DNA from: Asterias rubens
Taxonomy: Eukaryota
Length of the DNA: 64,000 nucleotides
Direction: 5' to 3'
Assembly: GCF_902459465.1 (NCBI RefSeq)
Contig: NC_047072.1
Span: 14,136,001 to 14,200,000 of the forward strand
Each line of letters starts with the position of its first letter. Position 1 is the first letter of the stretch. Under the pieces are notes generated by a model. It had not been told where the DNA came from, did not search any database, and worked only from the letters and a program-made list of their open reading frames with translations. Made by a program: the position numbers and the translations under genes. Shown here in pieces: positions 35,528 to 47,690 of this stretch.

Positions 35528-38470
35528 TTAGCCCTCGGAGCCCTGCTCACCATCTGGGTTCTCTTGCTGCAACTAAAATAATAAGTATAAAGGTCATGTT
35601 GTTAAAAGAGGAAAAATTCCTACTTGTGTTGCTTTGCTGTCATTAAGCAAAGTGTACTGTAAAATAGACCGCTTCATAAAGCCCCAACCAACATAGTAAA
35701 TGTCTTTCTACAACATTACCACATGGGAAAGGTGTATGCGTCTTGTACTGCAGAGCAATGCTACACAAAAAGTACATGCTGCAGGATTCTGAATGGCGGC
35801 TGCTGGTGTACATTTTCAAGTGGGATTTGACATGATTGGTCAACAGTGTAGCCAGTAACTGTATATAGATTTTGCATCAATATGTCATCAACTACAAATC
35901 AATTTTCAGATTGTTAAGATATTAAATATAAAGAAGTTTCATGTGAAGCAGTAATGCTGAATTTTGAATATTATAATTGGAAAAATCACCCAGCAAAAGG
36001 CCACAGGGCCAACCGACGATCCAAAGAAATATTGAAAAGATGAAGGGAGAGGGTCTGTGTCTGTTCACTCTTGATGTGCATTACATTGTGAGATGGTAGA
36101 AAGCAAGATACAGTAGGGAAATCAACAGTAAAGCAATATAAAGGGAATGACGTCTCACAGTGTGAAGGACTTTGGAACTGATGCAGTGAAGGGATGGGAA
36201 GATACGGACTAGTATCTACTAGGCCCTACAGGTTTAGGTGCATATAATAGTAGTAATGCATACAGGAGGGACAATTCTAATTTTAGTTCTAGTCAATGCA
36301 AATAGTAAGGAAAACTGATGTTTCACCTTTGATTTGAGTTCTTTATTCTCATCTTGAAGCTGTTCAACTTTCTGCTGTAGTTCACTGACTTGAAGTCTTA
36401 ATGCTTCAACGTCTGCAGTCTCTGGACCAGCTACATTCAGATGCTGCTTCAAGAAGCTGGCAGGTAAATTTGATTTAAGGAAAAGTACATTTCCTTCTGG
36501 GGAAAATCATCAAACATTCACACTTCCAGATAGTGAACGATCATGAATAAGGACAGAAATTTTTACAACAGAGGTATAACCTTTTGACATGCTGAAATTA
36601 TATTTTCCTCTGAATATGCATATTATCTCTAGCTTTTTAGACACCATAAATCGTTTTAAACCAATTCCAATGAAATGAAAGCTAAAACTGTTTGCACATC
36701 TTGTTTCTTTATGTAATGAAACCAAGGAAAGTAAAGTCTTTTCTTCAATTGAATGGTGGCTTGTAGTTTCCCCTATCTAAGTTTCACAAGTTGCAGTCAG
36801 CCTAGAGGGATCAAGACACAGTTTAGTTATGCTAATTTGTCGAGGTGTGCGGTGTTTAAAACGTCAACCGTTCTACGTTCACAGACATAATTTCGGTCAG
36901 TCTCTGGTAAGTTTTGTAGATTTTGTCTTCACAAAATATTTTCTCAATTTTTTTAAAGTGTTCTTTAATTGATTTATTATACAATGAGCATCAAATTCTT
37001 AATCTTAGAGTGTGTGTATCGATTTTTGAAAGTGGTAAAAATGTGGCAGATCAGGTCACTACTCACAAGTCCGACAAAAATTGTCAAAATTGCACATACA
37101 AATGGTAATTTGTTACAAGTGTTGTATCGTAACCATCCAGTCTTTGACAGTCAGGAGAATGGAGGGCTCTACAACCCTAGCTAGTGTTGTGGCTAACTGA
37201 ATGGCAGCTAGTGTAACCAACCATTGTCATTGTTTCACAAATTGCAGTGTACCTGGATGTGGAGAGAACAGTTAGACCCAGTTACTTGGGCGCTGTATTC
37301 CTTTTTTTCTCTTGAAAATTTGACATTATCTGTCATACTAGCCCCCCAGCGAAAGCCAGTACATGTACATGGTTCAGGACACCAACATTTTCTCTGACTG
37401 TCACACAAAAAATGCTCCAAAATGTTGAAAATACCCAACGAATTACCTTCAAAACTGCCTACTGGCCTCTAATGCAACACCAGGATTGAAATTGTACTCA
37501 CAGGGTTTTTTTGGTGCTCAAAAATGATGATTTCTGAGCAATCTGCTGGACCGTCCGTCTCTTCATGCCAAACTAATATTTAAAAATATCAATGACTCGG
37601 ACCCACAATGTAGTTTTAAAACATTGAACATTTTGAATGGCCCCCTTACTGGGTCTAGAAAACAGTAAATAGTAGATACCCTAAGCACTCTATTCTCACT
37701 GTGGATGTCAAATCCAAACATTATCTTTTGGTTATTTTATGCTTAAAAAAAAATGCATAACAAATAATAATAGACAAGTGCTCTTGCAATTGACTATAGT
37801 AATTAGTATTTAGTCTGAATTTAACAAAAAGGATACTCTAGGGCATTGTTGGGCTTCTCTGGTTCTTCATACAGCGACACAAGGATCTTTGTGAGTGAGT
37901 CCAGTACCCCAGCCTTCTCAAGGTATTTTCTGAACTCTTCACGCTTGGAATCAGCAGGCTAAACAAAACAAAAAACAAATAATGGAAAAGTTTCCGTATG
38001 GCACCACCACTTTTTCATTCGAATTTACCTCAATGAGTAAAATTGAGTGAAGAAGTGGTGGCGCCATTCGGAAAGTTATCCCAAATAATTAATACAAAAT
38101 TCAAAAAACAAGCAACACAACACTATGTAGGCCTAAGTAGAAGAAGATTCTTTAAAATTATATAACTAATTGATGAGATTGAGAAGGATCTGTGTCTACT
38201 CTAGTCTAAGCTAATAGTATACTTCCTTAGCAATAAGCATTTTGAATTCATTTAAAAGGTAAAATAAGCAATTTCTACATTAAACAATTCCCAGACGTGT
38301 GAGGGCGACCTTCAACTTCTTAACGGTGTGTGATTAGATTTTTAGGGAATTAAGATTTAGATAGTTAGAACGTAAAAAAAAAAGAGATGTGAATGAAAAT
38401 TGTACTTTTCCCATGCAAATTGTTACCCAAAATTGTTTTGATAAAATGTACATACCCTGAAAGTCGTCAT
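35528..38470 (-). CDS. MYCBP: c-Myc-binding protein (AMY-1), 103 aa; exons 38470-38456, 37958-37837, 36456-36327, 35572-35528
   Basis: MTTFR|PADSKREEFRKYLEKAGVLDSLTKILVSLYEEPEKPNNALD|FLKQHLNVAGPETADVEALRLQVSELQQKVEQLQDENKELKSK|LQQENPDGEQGSEG*; 312 nt with phases consistent. Confidence 0.95.
36457..37836 (-). other. U12-type (minor spliceosome) GT-AG intron, MYCBP intron 2
   Basis: 5' splice site GTATCCTTT; branch-site-like TTCCTTAAA about 17 nt before the terminal AG; no polypyrimidine tract. Confidence 0.85.
37984..38081. mobile_element. 98-bp MITE with GG...CC termini and 8-bp TSD (Merlin-like)
   Basis: caaataat|GGAAAAGTTTCCGTATGG...CCATTCGGAAAGTTATCC|caaataat. Confidence 0.75.
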
Positions 38471-39464
38471 TATTAGTTCTCTCTGAGGTTCAGATAAAAA
38501 TGCAATATCAGAAAGAAAACACAAGCAAATGAATTCTGAACACGAATTACACTGCAGATCAGAGGTCAGGTGGGTTGCTATGCGAAGTTAAGTTTCGTGT
38601 GTGTGCCACAAAACTGATTGACACCTCTAGCCCTTGTGAAGAAAATAATAACCATTTGTGTGTACTGTAATATAAGTTTAACAAATTTAAAAATGCTAAA
38701 ATTGATCAAACAAATTGATTAAGTTGCTTAAATATTATTTTAGTATGAATATTTATTTCAATAAGTATTTTTTAAATAACAGGAACTAAATTACACAAAA
38801 TAAATACTGAAATGCTCGAGGTCAACAGCAAAACCAAAAGGTCGACCTGTCGCAGGGTAAAGTTTTAAATAGAATTTAAATTAAAACATTGATTTTTTGT
38901 TTTTAGGCAACAATAAATAATTGTTTCTGAAATTGTAAATTTTAAAAGTAATAAATATGACAAATATAATTAGGCTATGGATTAAAAATACACTTATTTA
39001 ATAAAAAATAATGTCAGAGGTCAATAAATAACGTGCTTGAAAAAAATCAACAGAGGGCGGCATTCAAGATTAACAGTGCCAAAAAAAGGCTCTTTCAAAT
39101 AAATCGAGTAATTCAAAAGAGGGCGGCATTCAAACTTAACGGTCCAAAAATGAAAAAATTATTGTGTGCAAACACTTTATTTATATTTAAAAAGATAATG
39201 CGTTTTAAAAACAAAATGAGACGTATACTTGATATGATACTTCAATGATATTACAGATGTAATGGCATAAACACTTTTTACACCAAATAAATAATATTTA
39301 TTATACTAATGTGAAAGGTCGATTAGAACGTAACGAAACACTGCCACGTGAGGGCGGTATTCAAAGTTAATGGTTTATCGAAAAGTTGACAGCTGTCTAC
39401 AGAAACTAAACTATTCTCTCCTAAAATCGTATTGATTTTGAACATCCTGTCGTCATCTACAAGA
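38471..39464. promoter_or_regulatory. Bidirectional promoter region of MYCBP and TMEM39
   Basis: Divergent ATGs ~1 kb apart; contains three GAGGGCGG motifs (39053, 39119, 39350). Confidence 0.6.
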
Positions 39465-42400
39465 ATGGCAGGGGGACGAAGAGGTCCTGGAAGACCTCAG
39501 CTTAGTCGGACAGCCCCACCTCCACCAATTCATGCTGCTAATATGGGAACTGCTGGGCAAACGACCATGACTACAACCATCAGACACAGGTTAGTCACCC
39601 ACTGCTCACTCACACCTCAAATCCATGCAATCAAAATCATGATGAAAAAAAGCTCAATCCATGTGTAACTTACCACATAAGTTTACCATACTTAATTCCC
39701 TATAGGAGTCAGCATGATTAAGATTGATGTAGTGTTATAAATATAACTGCAGTGTTGGTCCAGTTCATTGATCGATGGTCAAACTCAAATGGTGGACTCT
39801 GGAGGAATAAATCTAATTTATTCCTCCATGAACAAACCAATCACATCATTGAATTTTTAAATCAGTACTTACACTTATTAAGGCAGTGGACACTATTGGT
39901 AATTGTCAAAGACCAGTCTTCTCACTTGGTGTATCTCAACATATGCATAAAATAATAATGATGAAAAAAACCCTTGTCACTTGAAGTTGTGTGCTTTCCG
40001 ATGCTTGATTTCGAGACCTCAAATTCTAAACCTGACGTCTCTAAAACTAAATCAAGTTCTTGGAAAATGACTTCTTTCTCGAAAACTACGTTAGGAAAAG
40101 TTTCCGTATGGCGCCACCACTTTTTCATTCGATATGAAATAATATAGTATCTAATTTACCTCAATGAGATATCCTTTTTTGTAAAAATTAGTGAAAAAGT
40201 GGTGGCGCCATACGGAATGTTATCCCTACGTTACTTCAGAGGGAGCCGTTTCTCACAATGTTTTATATTATCAACCTCTCCCCATTACTCGTTACCAAGT
40301 TAGGTTTTATGCTAATAATTATTTTGAGTAATGACCAATAGTGTCCACTGTCTTTAACTAACACTTACATTACACTAAGGTTTGATGGGATTTTTAGTCT
40401 GTCATCAGTTCAGTTGGCAGTTGGCTTCCACCACTCGCTTCAATTCAATTCTTGAATCTTCTTGCCCCCACTGATGGATATGGATGGGCTGCTGGCGCAT
40501 GCGCATGGCCTGGAGTCAAATCACTACGATGATTGAGCAGTGAGGTGTATTTATAATAGCTTGAAATGAATACCCTTTCAGTCTTATATAATGTGTCAAC
40601 AAAAATAGGCTGTTTGTGAAATATTGTGTGTAAGCTGCATATGATACATTTGATCATGTTGATTTCTTTTTTCAGTGAATCCATAAATATTTCTTTATTG
40701 TCTTAAAAGGAATGGGCCTGGTGCTATGCCAGCTAGTGCCCCACTGACCACGCTTATTACGATTACACCAATCCATCATCCATCTATCCCAGTCCTGCCA
40801 GTAGAGGGCAGTCTTACCTTCGAAGTCACGGTGGTCCTCTACCTATTTACTGTGCTGTTTCTACAGTATGTGAACATCTACAAGACTGTCTGGTGGCTGC
40901 CTCTGTCACCATCTCAAACAGCTATGGTTTGTACCCACAAGTAGTCTGGTTTCAAAGCATAACTTTTTGTGCTTCTTGTTTTGGAAAACATTCCATAGCA
41001 AGTTGTTCACATGCATAATATGAACAAATAGTTTTCTCTAAAGATCAGCCATAAAACTTTAGAGCCAATCCTTTTAAGTGCCATAAAATATAAAATAAAA
41101 TAAAAAATAAAAAATAAGTTTTGTTTGCTGGGAAGTAAGATGTCTGGAACTTGCAATCATCAAATTATACAAAATTTACTTTTTGTTACTTTACTGGATA
41201 GGAGTGTTTTATGACCTGTCCTGTTAAACTGCCTCAAATATATGTAAAATCGTTGTTTATGAGCACTTCTCAGAATTAAAGTTGCACCTCACCATTCAGA
41301 TTTCCATAATATATTTGTTCATTTAAAGGGAAGGTACACTATTGGTAATTGTCAAAGACCAGTCTTCTCACCTAGTGTATCTCAACATATGCATAAAATA
41401 ACAAACCTGTGAAAACTTGAGCTCAATTGGTCATCGGAGTTGGGAGAAAATGATGAAAGAAAAAACACCCTGGACGAATTTGTGTGCTTTCAGATAGGAA
41501 TAAAAGACTTCTAGCTAGAAGTCTTTTATTATTTTAGTTAGAAATTACATCTATTTCAAAATCTATGCTACTTCAGAGGGAGTCGTTTCCCACAATGTTT
41601 TATACTATCAACAGCTCTCCAATGCTCGTTACCAAGTCGGTTTTTAAGTTAATGATTGTTTTGAGTAAATACCAAACGTGTACCTTCCCTTTAATCCCAA
41701 CCATGACAAGACCTTAAAATGTAGGACAATGTATTGACTCCCTTGCATGCACTTCACACAGAGACTGTGCCTTGTTTACCATTCGGGAGGCATAAGGTAA
41801 GCTTGTAAAGGCTGCATTACCTAAATTCCGCATTTACACTCATATCATGGGCATTGACTCCCAAAATGGCACAATCAACATTTTTGTGATGATGATGTCG
41901 GGTGAATTTGGTCAGTATCTCCTTTGCCAAATTGAAGGATTCAGAAGGACTGATGGCTGGAATGTCAGACAACTCGTCCGTCGGACAACTCGTCCGTTTG
42001 GACAACTCGACGGTTCAGACAACTCGACTGTTCGGACAACTCGACGGTTTGGACAACTCGACTTTGAGACAACTCGACGGATGGCCAAGACAAGTCGGCG
42101 GTTGAACTTTCCTGTATAATTCCTGCGATTCTATAATATTGATCATTATTATTGACCAATTATTATTTATCACAAGATAAATGTGGTGTTCCAGTGAAGC
42201 CATACTTGCAGAATCATCTTATAGTGACTATCTCGAGACTTTGTGTAAAAAACAGACTATGAGTATAACTCGAGTTGACTCTATGTGTAGCCATCTAGCA
42301 GTTGTCTTCAATTTATTCAAAATAAAAGGTTTAAAAAAAAAACAATTAAAACATTAAATAATAAAAACATTATACAGCTCTATTATTAGAAGATTTACTT

Positions 42401-45400
42401 TTATTTACTTTATTACCAACAACAATAACAACTCGATCATTGCTCTATGGTACAAGCATGCCGCGGGGTCATGGTAAACAATTATCCGTTTGCCCGGATA
42501 TAAACCCACCCACCATAATATACCCCCTCCCCCGGGGAACGCCAAGTCGGTGGTCAGTACATCCCCACCCCCAGGCCGCTATTTACCCCTCCCGCCGGCC
42601 CCGCGCTGAGCTCCCGTCACGGCCATCCGTCGACTTGTCTTGACCCCAAGTCGAGTTGTCTGACGGTTGAATAAATCATCCGTCGAGTTGTCTGAACCGT
42701 CGAGTTGTCCGAACGGACGAGTTGTCCGACGGACGAGTTGTCTGGTCTCCAATGGCTGTAAGGCCTAAATAACGATTTATTATCACTGGGTCAGGCATTC
42801 CAATCAAATCCAAAGAATTTGGTGTGAAGTGAAATAAGAGAGGAGGATATTGGAGGATTGAGGTCACCTATAGACCTTTATCACGGTGTGGTCATCTTGA
42901 TTTTACTCAATTCCAACTCATTGTAACCAAACTGAGGCTAGACGAAATAATAATAGTCTGGTGCCATGTGCAATGAATGTTAGCATTCATTACTGTTATT
43001 GGAAACAGGGAACATGACCAAGATGGTGATAGCGTGATAAAGGTGTATAGGCGGGCCTAAAGAATAAGGGTTATCTTTCAATAACAATAACACCTTTTTT
43101 GGTGTGGATGTTTTTTTTCCTACAGAACCTGTACCTGATTGATCCATACCTTGTTGTCTTCATTGTAATTGTACTGACCAGACGTCTTGTGTGGAACTTG
43201 GTTACAGAGGTAAGATATTCCTTGGCCAAATTTCATAGAATTTGCTTCAGCTAAAGAAATCCTTGCTTGACAATCAAATGAGTTTACCGGCCAAGACTTC
43301 ACTCAATTGTTATGCTAAGTAAACAGCAGCTAAAAAACAGTCACAAGCAATGTATATGACATAAGACTTTTGGCCAGTAACATGTGTAAAATAAGCAAGC
43401 TATTTGTGCTTTTAAAAGCAATTTTTGTGCTTAAGCATCTCTTTGCACAGGTACAACATTTGTTGAAACACAAACAGCGTGCTTAATTTACAGCTCTATG
43501 AAATTGTCCCCTGTAGGACCCTGATCCCTTCATTTGTGTGTAAGTTGTTATCTTGTCACACCTCATATTCCCCTCAGTGTCACAAGCCGACATCTATATT
43601 TCAATTTCCAGCACTATGACCAGTGTCTAGACTGGCTAGTTGAAAGATAGATGTGTAACCTCTGGAAGTGTACAATTCTTTCCCTTTCTTAAGTTAAAAA
43701 AACATGATACAACCAATTTGTGGAAGTTTAATTCAGTTTACATGTAGGTGATCAAATTGTCTAGAAAACTCTTTGATGGAAGTTTTTCTGTAGACCATTG
43801 ATACTACAGAATGTTTATTGTTATAGTAGAAAAATAAGCTTTCAGATTAACAATCTTTCAATTTCAATTACTTTTGCAACAAAAGCTGTAGACCAACTCA
43901 GTTTCACGAATGTAAATATGTTCACTACCTCCCTACCTTCACCCTCTTGAAAAGTACGATTATTTTTTTTCCCGGTAGGTCTACAAAGACGCCACTGTTT
44001 TCTCAGTCCTGTATTACCTGATCAAATCCATCAAACTTGTCATCGCTATTGGCGTCATTGGAGCAGCCTTGTGGTCCCTATGGAAACTGTTCCTCAGCAA
44101 CTCTCCCTTGAATTTGTTCTTCCTTGCTTACCCGTGAGTATCAATGTTCACACTTTAATAACGGACCGGGTCTTCACGCTAACGCTCGTGGGGGACGGAG
44201 CGCCGCTGGCCCCCACGAGCCACCTCTCCGACGAGTGCCTCCTGCTCTGCACTTTGCCGTGCACCCAGAACACCGTCTTGCCACCAAGTCGGGGCCCCGT
44301 GCCGGGCCCCCACTGCTTGTAAGGATTCAGATAAAAGCTTCAGTAATTTAAGAGGGTAGCCTTAGCTGTTGATAACAAGACCTTCGTCAGAGACGCATAT
44401 AAAACAAAATAAAGAAAATGCTACAATCATATGCAGGGACTATACTGTGTTCTTCGATACCTTAAAGGCAGTCGACACTATTGGTAATAGGAGACTTTCC
44501 AACGGGTAAATTTCCATTGTTTACGTAGTTCTGAACATGCGCATAATTCTGAGAACAATGGATTTACCCGGTAAGTCTGCTGCCCTCTATCGTCCCAGAA
44601 AGTCTCCCATTGCAAAGACTAGCCTTCACAGTTGATGTATCTCAACATATGCTTAAAATATCAAACCTGTGAAAATTTGAGCTCAATCGGTCATCGTACT
44701 TGCGAGATAATAATGAAAGAAAAAAACACCCTTGTCACACGAAGTTGTGTGCGTTTAGATGGTTGATTACGCTACCTCAAGGTCTAAATCTGAGGTCTCG
44801 AAATCAAATTTGTGGAAAATTACTTCTTTCTCGGAAACTATGGCACTTCAGAGGGAGCCGTTTCACACAATGTTTTTATACCATCAAATCTCCCCATTAC
44901 CCGTTATTTAACAGGGAGCCATAAGCACAATTTGTTTTCCAAGTTACCTTTGGGGCTAAAGCCACTTGGCTCTTGGGTTTGTTATATTTGTAATATTTTA
45001 GTGCAATTTTGTATCTGTTGACTTTATACATTGAAGCAATTTAGGTCTTTTGGCCACATGTTTCAAATTGATGCAATGAGCATAATAAACTTACCAGAAT
45101 TTTTTTTTAAAGACCTAAAAACTTTACAAGAATTATTTGTTTGACCCATAGGTTGGTTTCCTACTTCCTCCTCTACGGCTTGACCTTTGACCTTAACAAA
45201 TCCGTTTTCGCCACAACCATCAATAAACTTCTTCAGAAAGGGGAGACATCCACAAACCACTCCTCACCTGAGAAGACCCTCTCCCCAATACCAAATCTGT
45301 CTCCCAGTGAGCCGATCCTACATAAGTGTACTCATATCGCTGTGGAGGTCCGCAAGGAGGCAGATATCTTGAAGTATGACTTCAATGCTCGGATGAAGAA

Positions 45401-45583
45401 TGTGCTTTTCAATTCAATGGTGTGTGCTTACTATGTAGGATTCGTTCCTATATGCTTTTTGCAGGTAAGTTGTTTGAATCAGGAAGGTCTAATGGATTGT
45501 TTTGTTTCAATTCCCGGATCAATATTGTCATAAAACTAGAGGAGTAGAGGAAAGATTGTACTCCTCTCACATGTTTGTATTCC

Positions 45584-45621
<38 letters not shown>

Positions 45622-47690
45622 GCCCGGTTCATACTTCCTGGGAATGCGAATTGACGATAGAAATTTGCAACGAATAATTTGAATCAGTTTAACTCTGCTC
45701 AACTCACTTGCGAATATCGCGACGCTGCGAAAGGAGAGTTGTGACGTCAAATTCACGTCAAATCGCTTCGCATTGGCATGAGGTATGAACCGGGCTTTAC
45801 TCTGATGGGCTTGAGTATTCTCATCTTTGTTGATCTAAACTGTCGAAATAATTCTGAATCTCTCTCTCTCTTCCTTCCTCAGCCGTCCATGAATCTTGAT
45901 CTATGGTGGGCATGTCTGATGATTGCCTTCGTCTGGATTAATTCCTTCATCATGTTCAGCTCTCATTTCTTGCCAGCATATTACTGCGACACACTCCATC
46001 GATGTTCCCTCCATCTTGGCAAATGGCAGAAAGTGGATCACGGCTACGGCAATACTCCACAGCACTTGTAAGTTCAAATAACAAGCTTATGAATAACCCT
46101 GGTCGACTTTTGAAATATACTACTCAACTTGTCGCACCTCAAATAGTTGCGAATTCGACACTAGTCGTGACAAAATTGTTAATTCCAAAGATGCATTGCG
46201 GCATATTGTTTGCCGCAGGCGCAATATAGTAAAATTTCGTACTGAAAGGATTAAGGATTGTGTCACTGATGTCTGATTGTATTTTGTAAGTAAATGTGAT
46301 AGCCCTGAGTGTCACAATTGGTTCACCAAACAGGTAGTCGCAACTATTTTTGAAGTGGTTGGGCGGCACAAATAATCAAGTAGTTGAAAATTGTTAGTCG
46401 CCTCTAGAATAAGCAATCAATAGTGGTGACTACGACACCAGTCGCACTAGTCGCCCAGGCTTAATCTTAACAACTGGCTGTTCCAGATTTTGCATGTCTT
46501 TTAATGTATAATTTTTTAACATGACATTTTAGTATTGCCATGTAATGCTACCAACAATGTGCTGTCTTTTAAACCGAAATACATAAATGAACAATCTTTA
46601 TTCAGAAACTGGTTAATTATTTTCATGTCCATAGATGGTCTGATTCAACAGTGTGGCCACAGGGTGTCTTAGTGCGATACAACAAGGGTCTTTACAAAGC
46701 AATGGGACAACAGAATGTAGCTCTACCGTCAGAGGGATCCTATGGTAGATTCTATGTAAGTTATTACTCCTCACCTTTTGTTTTAAAGACACTGGACACC
46801 ATTGGTAATTGTCAAAGACCAGTCTTCTCACTTGGTGTATCTCAACATATGCATAAAATAACAAACCTGTGAAAATTTGAGCTCAATCGGTTTTCGAAGT
46901 TGCGAGATAATAATGAAAGAAAAAACACCCTTGTCACACGAAGTTGTGTGCTTTCAGATGCTTGATTTCGAGACCTCAAATTCTAAATCTGAGGTCTCAA
47001 AATCAAATTCGTGGAAAATTATTTCTTTCTCAACAAGTATGTTACTTCAGAGGGAGCCATTTCTCACAGTGTTTTATACTATCAACAGCTCCTCATTACT
47101 CGTTACCAAATAAGGTTTTATGCTAATAATTATTTTGAGTAATTACCAATAGTGTCCACTGCCTTTAAGATGACCTTGTTTCATGCATTATAATTTTTCA
47201 AAGAGCTCTTCCTGTAGGATTACTATCATCAGGGTCATTGTGTTTTTAATAAAACAAAAACGAACGATACCATTCCCTTTGTGACTGGTCAATCATTTCC
47301 ACTAGAGCTTATTGGGATTGAAAGGGACTCATAGTTGACTTCTTGTTACAATTCTGGCTCACATGGTGCCTGACTCCTTGATCATCGATGATGTTGGCAA
47401 TGAGTTTAACAGTACATGTCCACGATAAAACTTTGATTATCTTACATTTTTTCTTCGTTCTTTTTCAGTTTATGTTCCACCAGCCTTTGAGAGTCTTGAA
47501 TGGCCTTCTTAGCCTTCAGGTGGTTGTCATCTTATTCCAGTTGTACCTTCTTGCAATGCACTCTCACTGGAATCATGTTATCTCCCTGTCTCTACTCCTC
47601 TTCTGTAACTACTACGTTCTCTTCAGGCTTCTGAGAGATCGTTTTATCCTGGGCCAGGCTTACCACGTCAAAGAGCAAGACGTTGAATAA
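39465..47690 (+). CDS. TMEM39A: Transmembrane protein 39 (TMEM39A/B family), 473 aa; exons 39465-39589, 40710-40926, 43126-43209, 43979-44133, 45152-45464, 45883-46067, 46635-46755, 47469-47690
   Basis: [15 protein letters not shown] start; family motifs [76 protein letters not shown]; 1422 nt with phases consistent. A versus B paralogue cannot be assigned. Confidence 0.95.
39878..40357. mobile_element. Kolobok-type MITE family 1 carrying a nested Merlin-like MITE
   Basis: Family 1 TIRs with TTAA ends; internal 132-bp insertion. Confidence 0.85.
40094..40225. mobile_element. Merlin-like MITE (nested), perfect 8-bp TSD
   Basis: ctacgtta|GGAAAAGTTTCCGTATGGCGCCACC...GGTGGCGCCATACGGAATGTTATCC|ctacgtta. 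Confidence 0.8.
41323..41694. mobile_element. Kolobok-type MITE family 1 (subfamily B)
   Basis: TTAA-AGGGAAGGTACAC...GTGTACCTTCCCT-TTAA. Confidence 0.9.
41966..42744. mobile_element. 779-bp non-autonomous CMC/EnSpm-like element with GACAACTCG subterminal repeats and 2-bp TSD
   Basis: gt|CAGACAACTCGTCCG...CGGACGAGTTGTCTG|gt; about 8 GACAACTCG units on the left and about 5 inverted on the right. Confidence 0.75.
44145..44425 (+). mobile_element. Candidate solo LTR (TG...CA, TATA-like and AATAAA, 4/5 TSD match)
   Basis: atcaa|TGTTCAC...GC-rich hairpins...GCATATAAAA...AATAAA...GCTACA|atcat. Confidence 0.35.
44462..44910. mobile_element. Kolobok-type MITE family 1, right end truncated, with a nested TIR element (~44489-44610)
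   Basis: TTAA-AGGCAGTCGACACTATTGGTAAT interrupted by GGAGACTTTC...GAAAGTCTCC. Confidence 0.75.
45587..45617. repeat. Poly-C tract (31 nt)
   Basis: Directly visible; a 20-C tract lies at 29722-29741. Confidence 0.9.
45620..45797. mobile_element. PIF/Harbinger-like MITE
   Basis: TIR AAGCCCGGTTCATAC / GTATGAACCGGGCTT. Confidence 0.7.
46783..47168. mobile_element. Kolobok-type MITE family 1
   Basis: TTAA-AGACACTGGACACCATTGG...CCAATAGTGTCCACTGCCT-TTAA. Confidence 0.9.

Noticed and set aside
46877-47113. Recurring 60-80-aa ORFs ([30 protein letters not shown]; also at 63590, 58685, 18385)
   Set aside because: They lie inside copies of the same non-autonomous MITE, so the recurrence reflects DNA identity. 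There are no transposase motifs and the frames break in other copies.
39590-47468. U12-type introns in TMEM39, POLR2F, PCNP-like or the ARM-like gene
   Set aside because: No RTATCCTT donor at any modelled junction.
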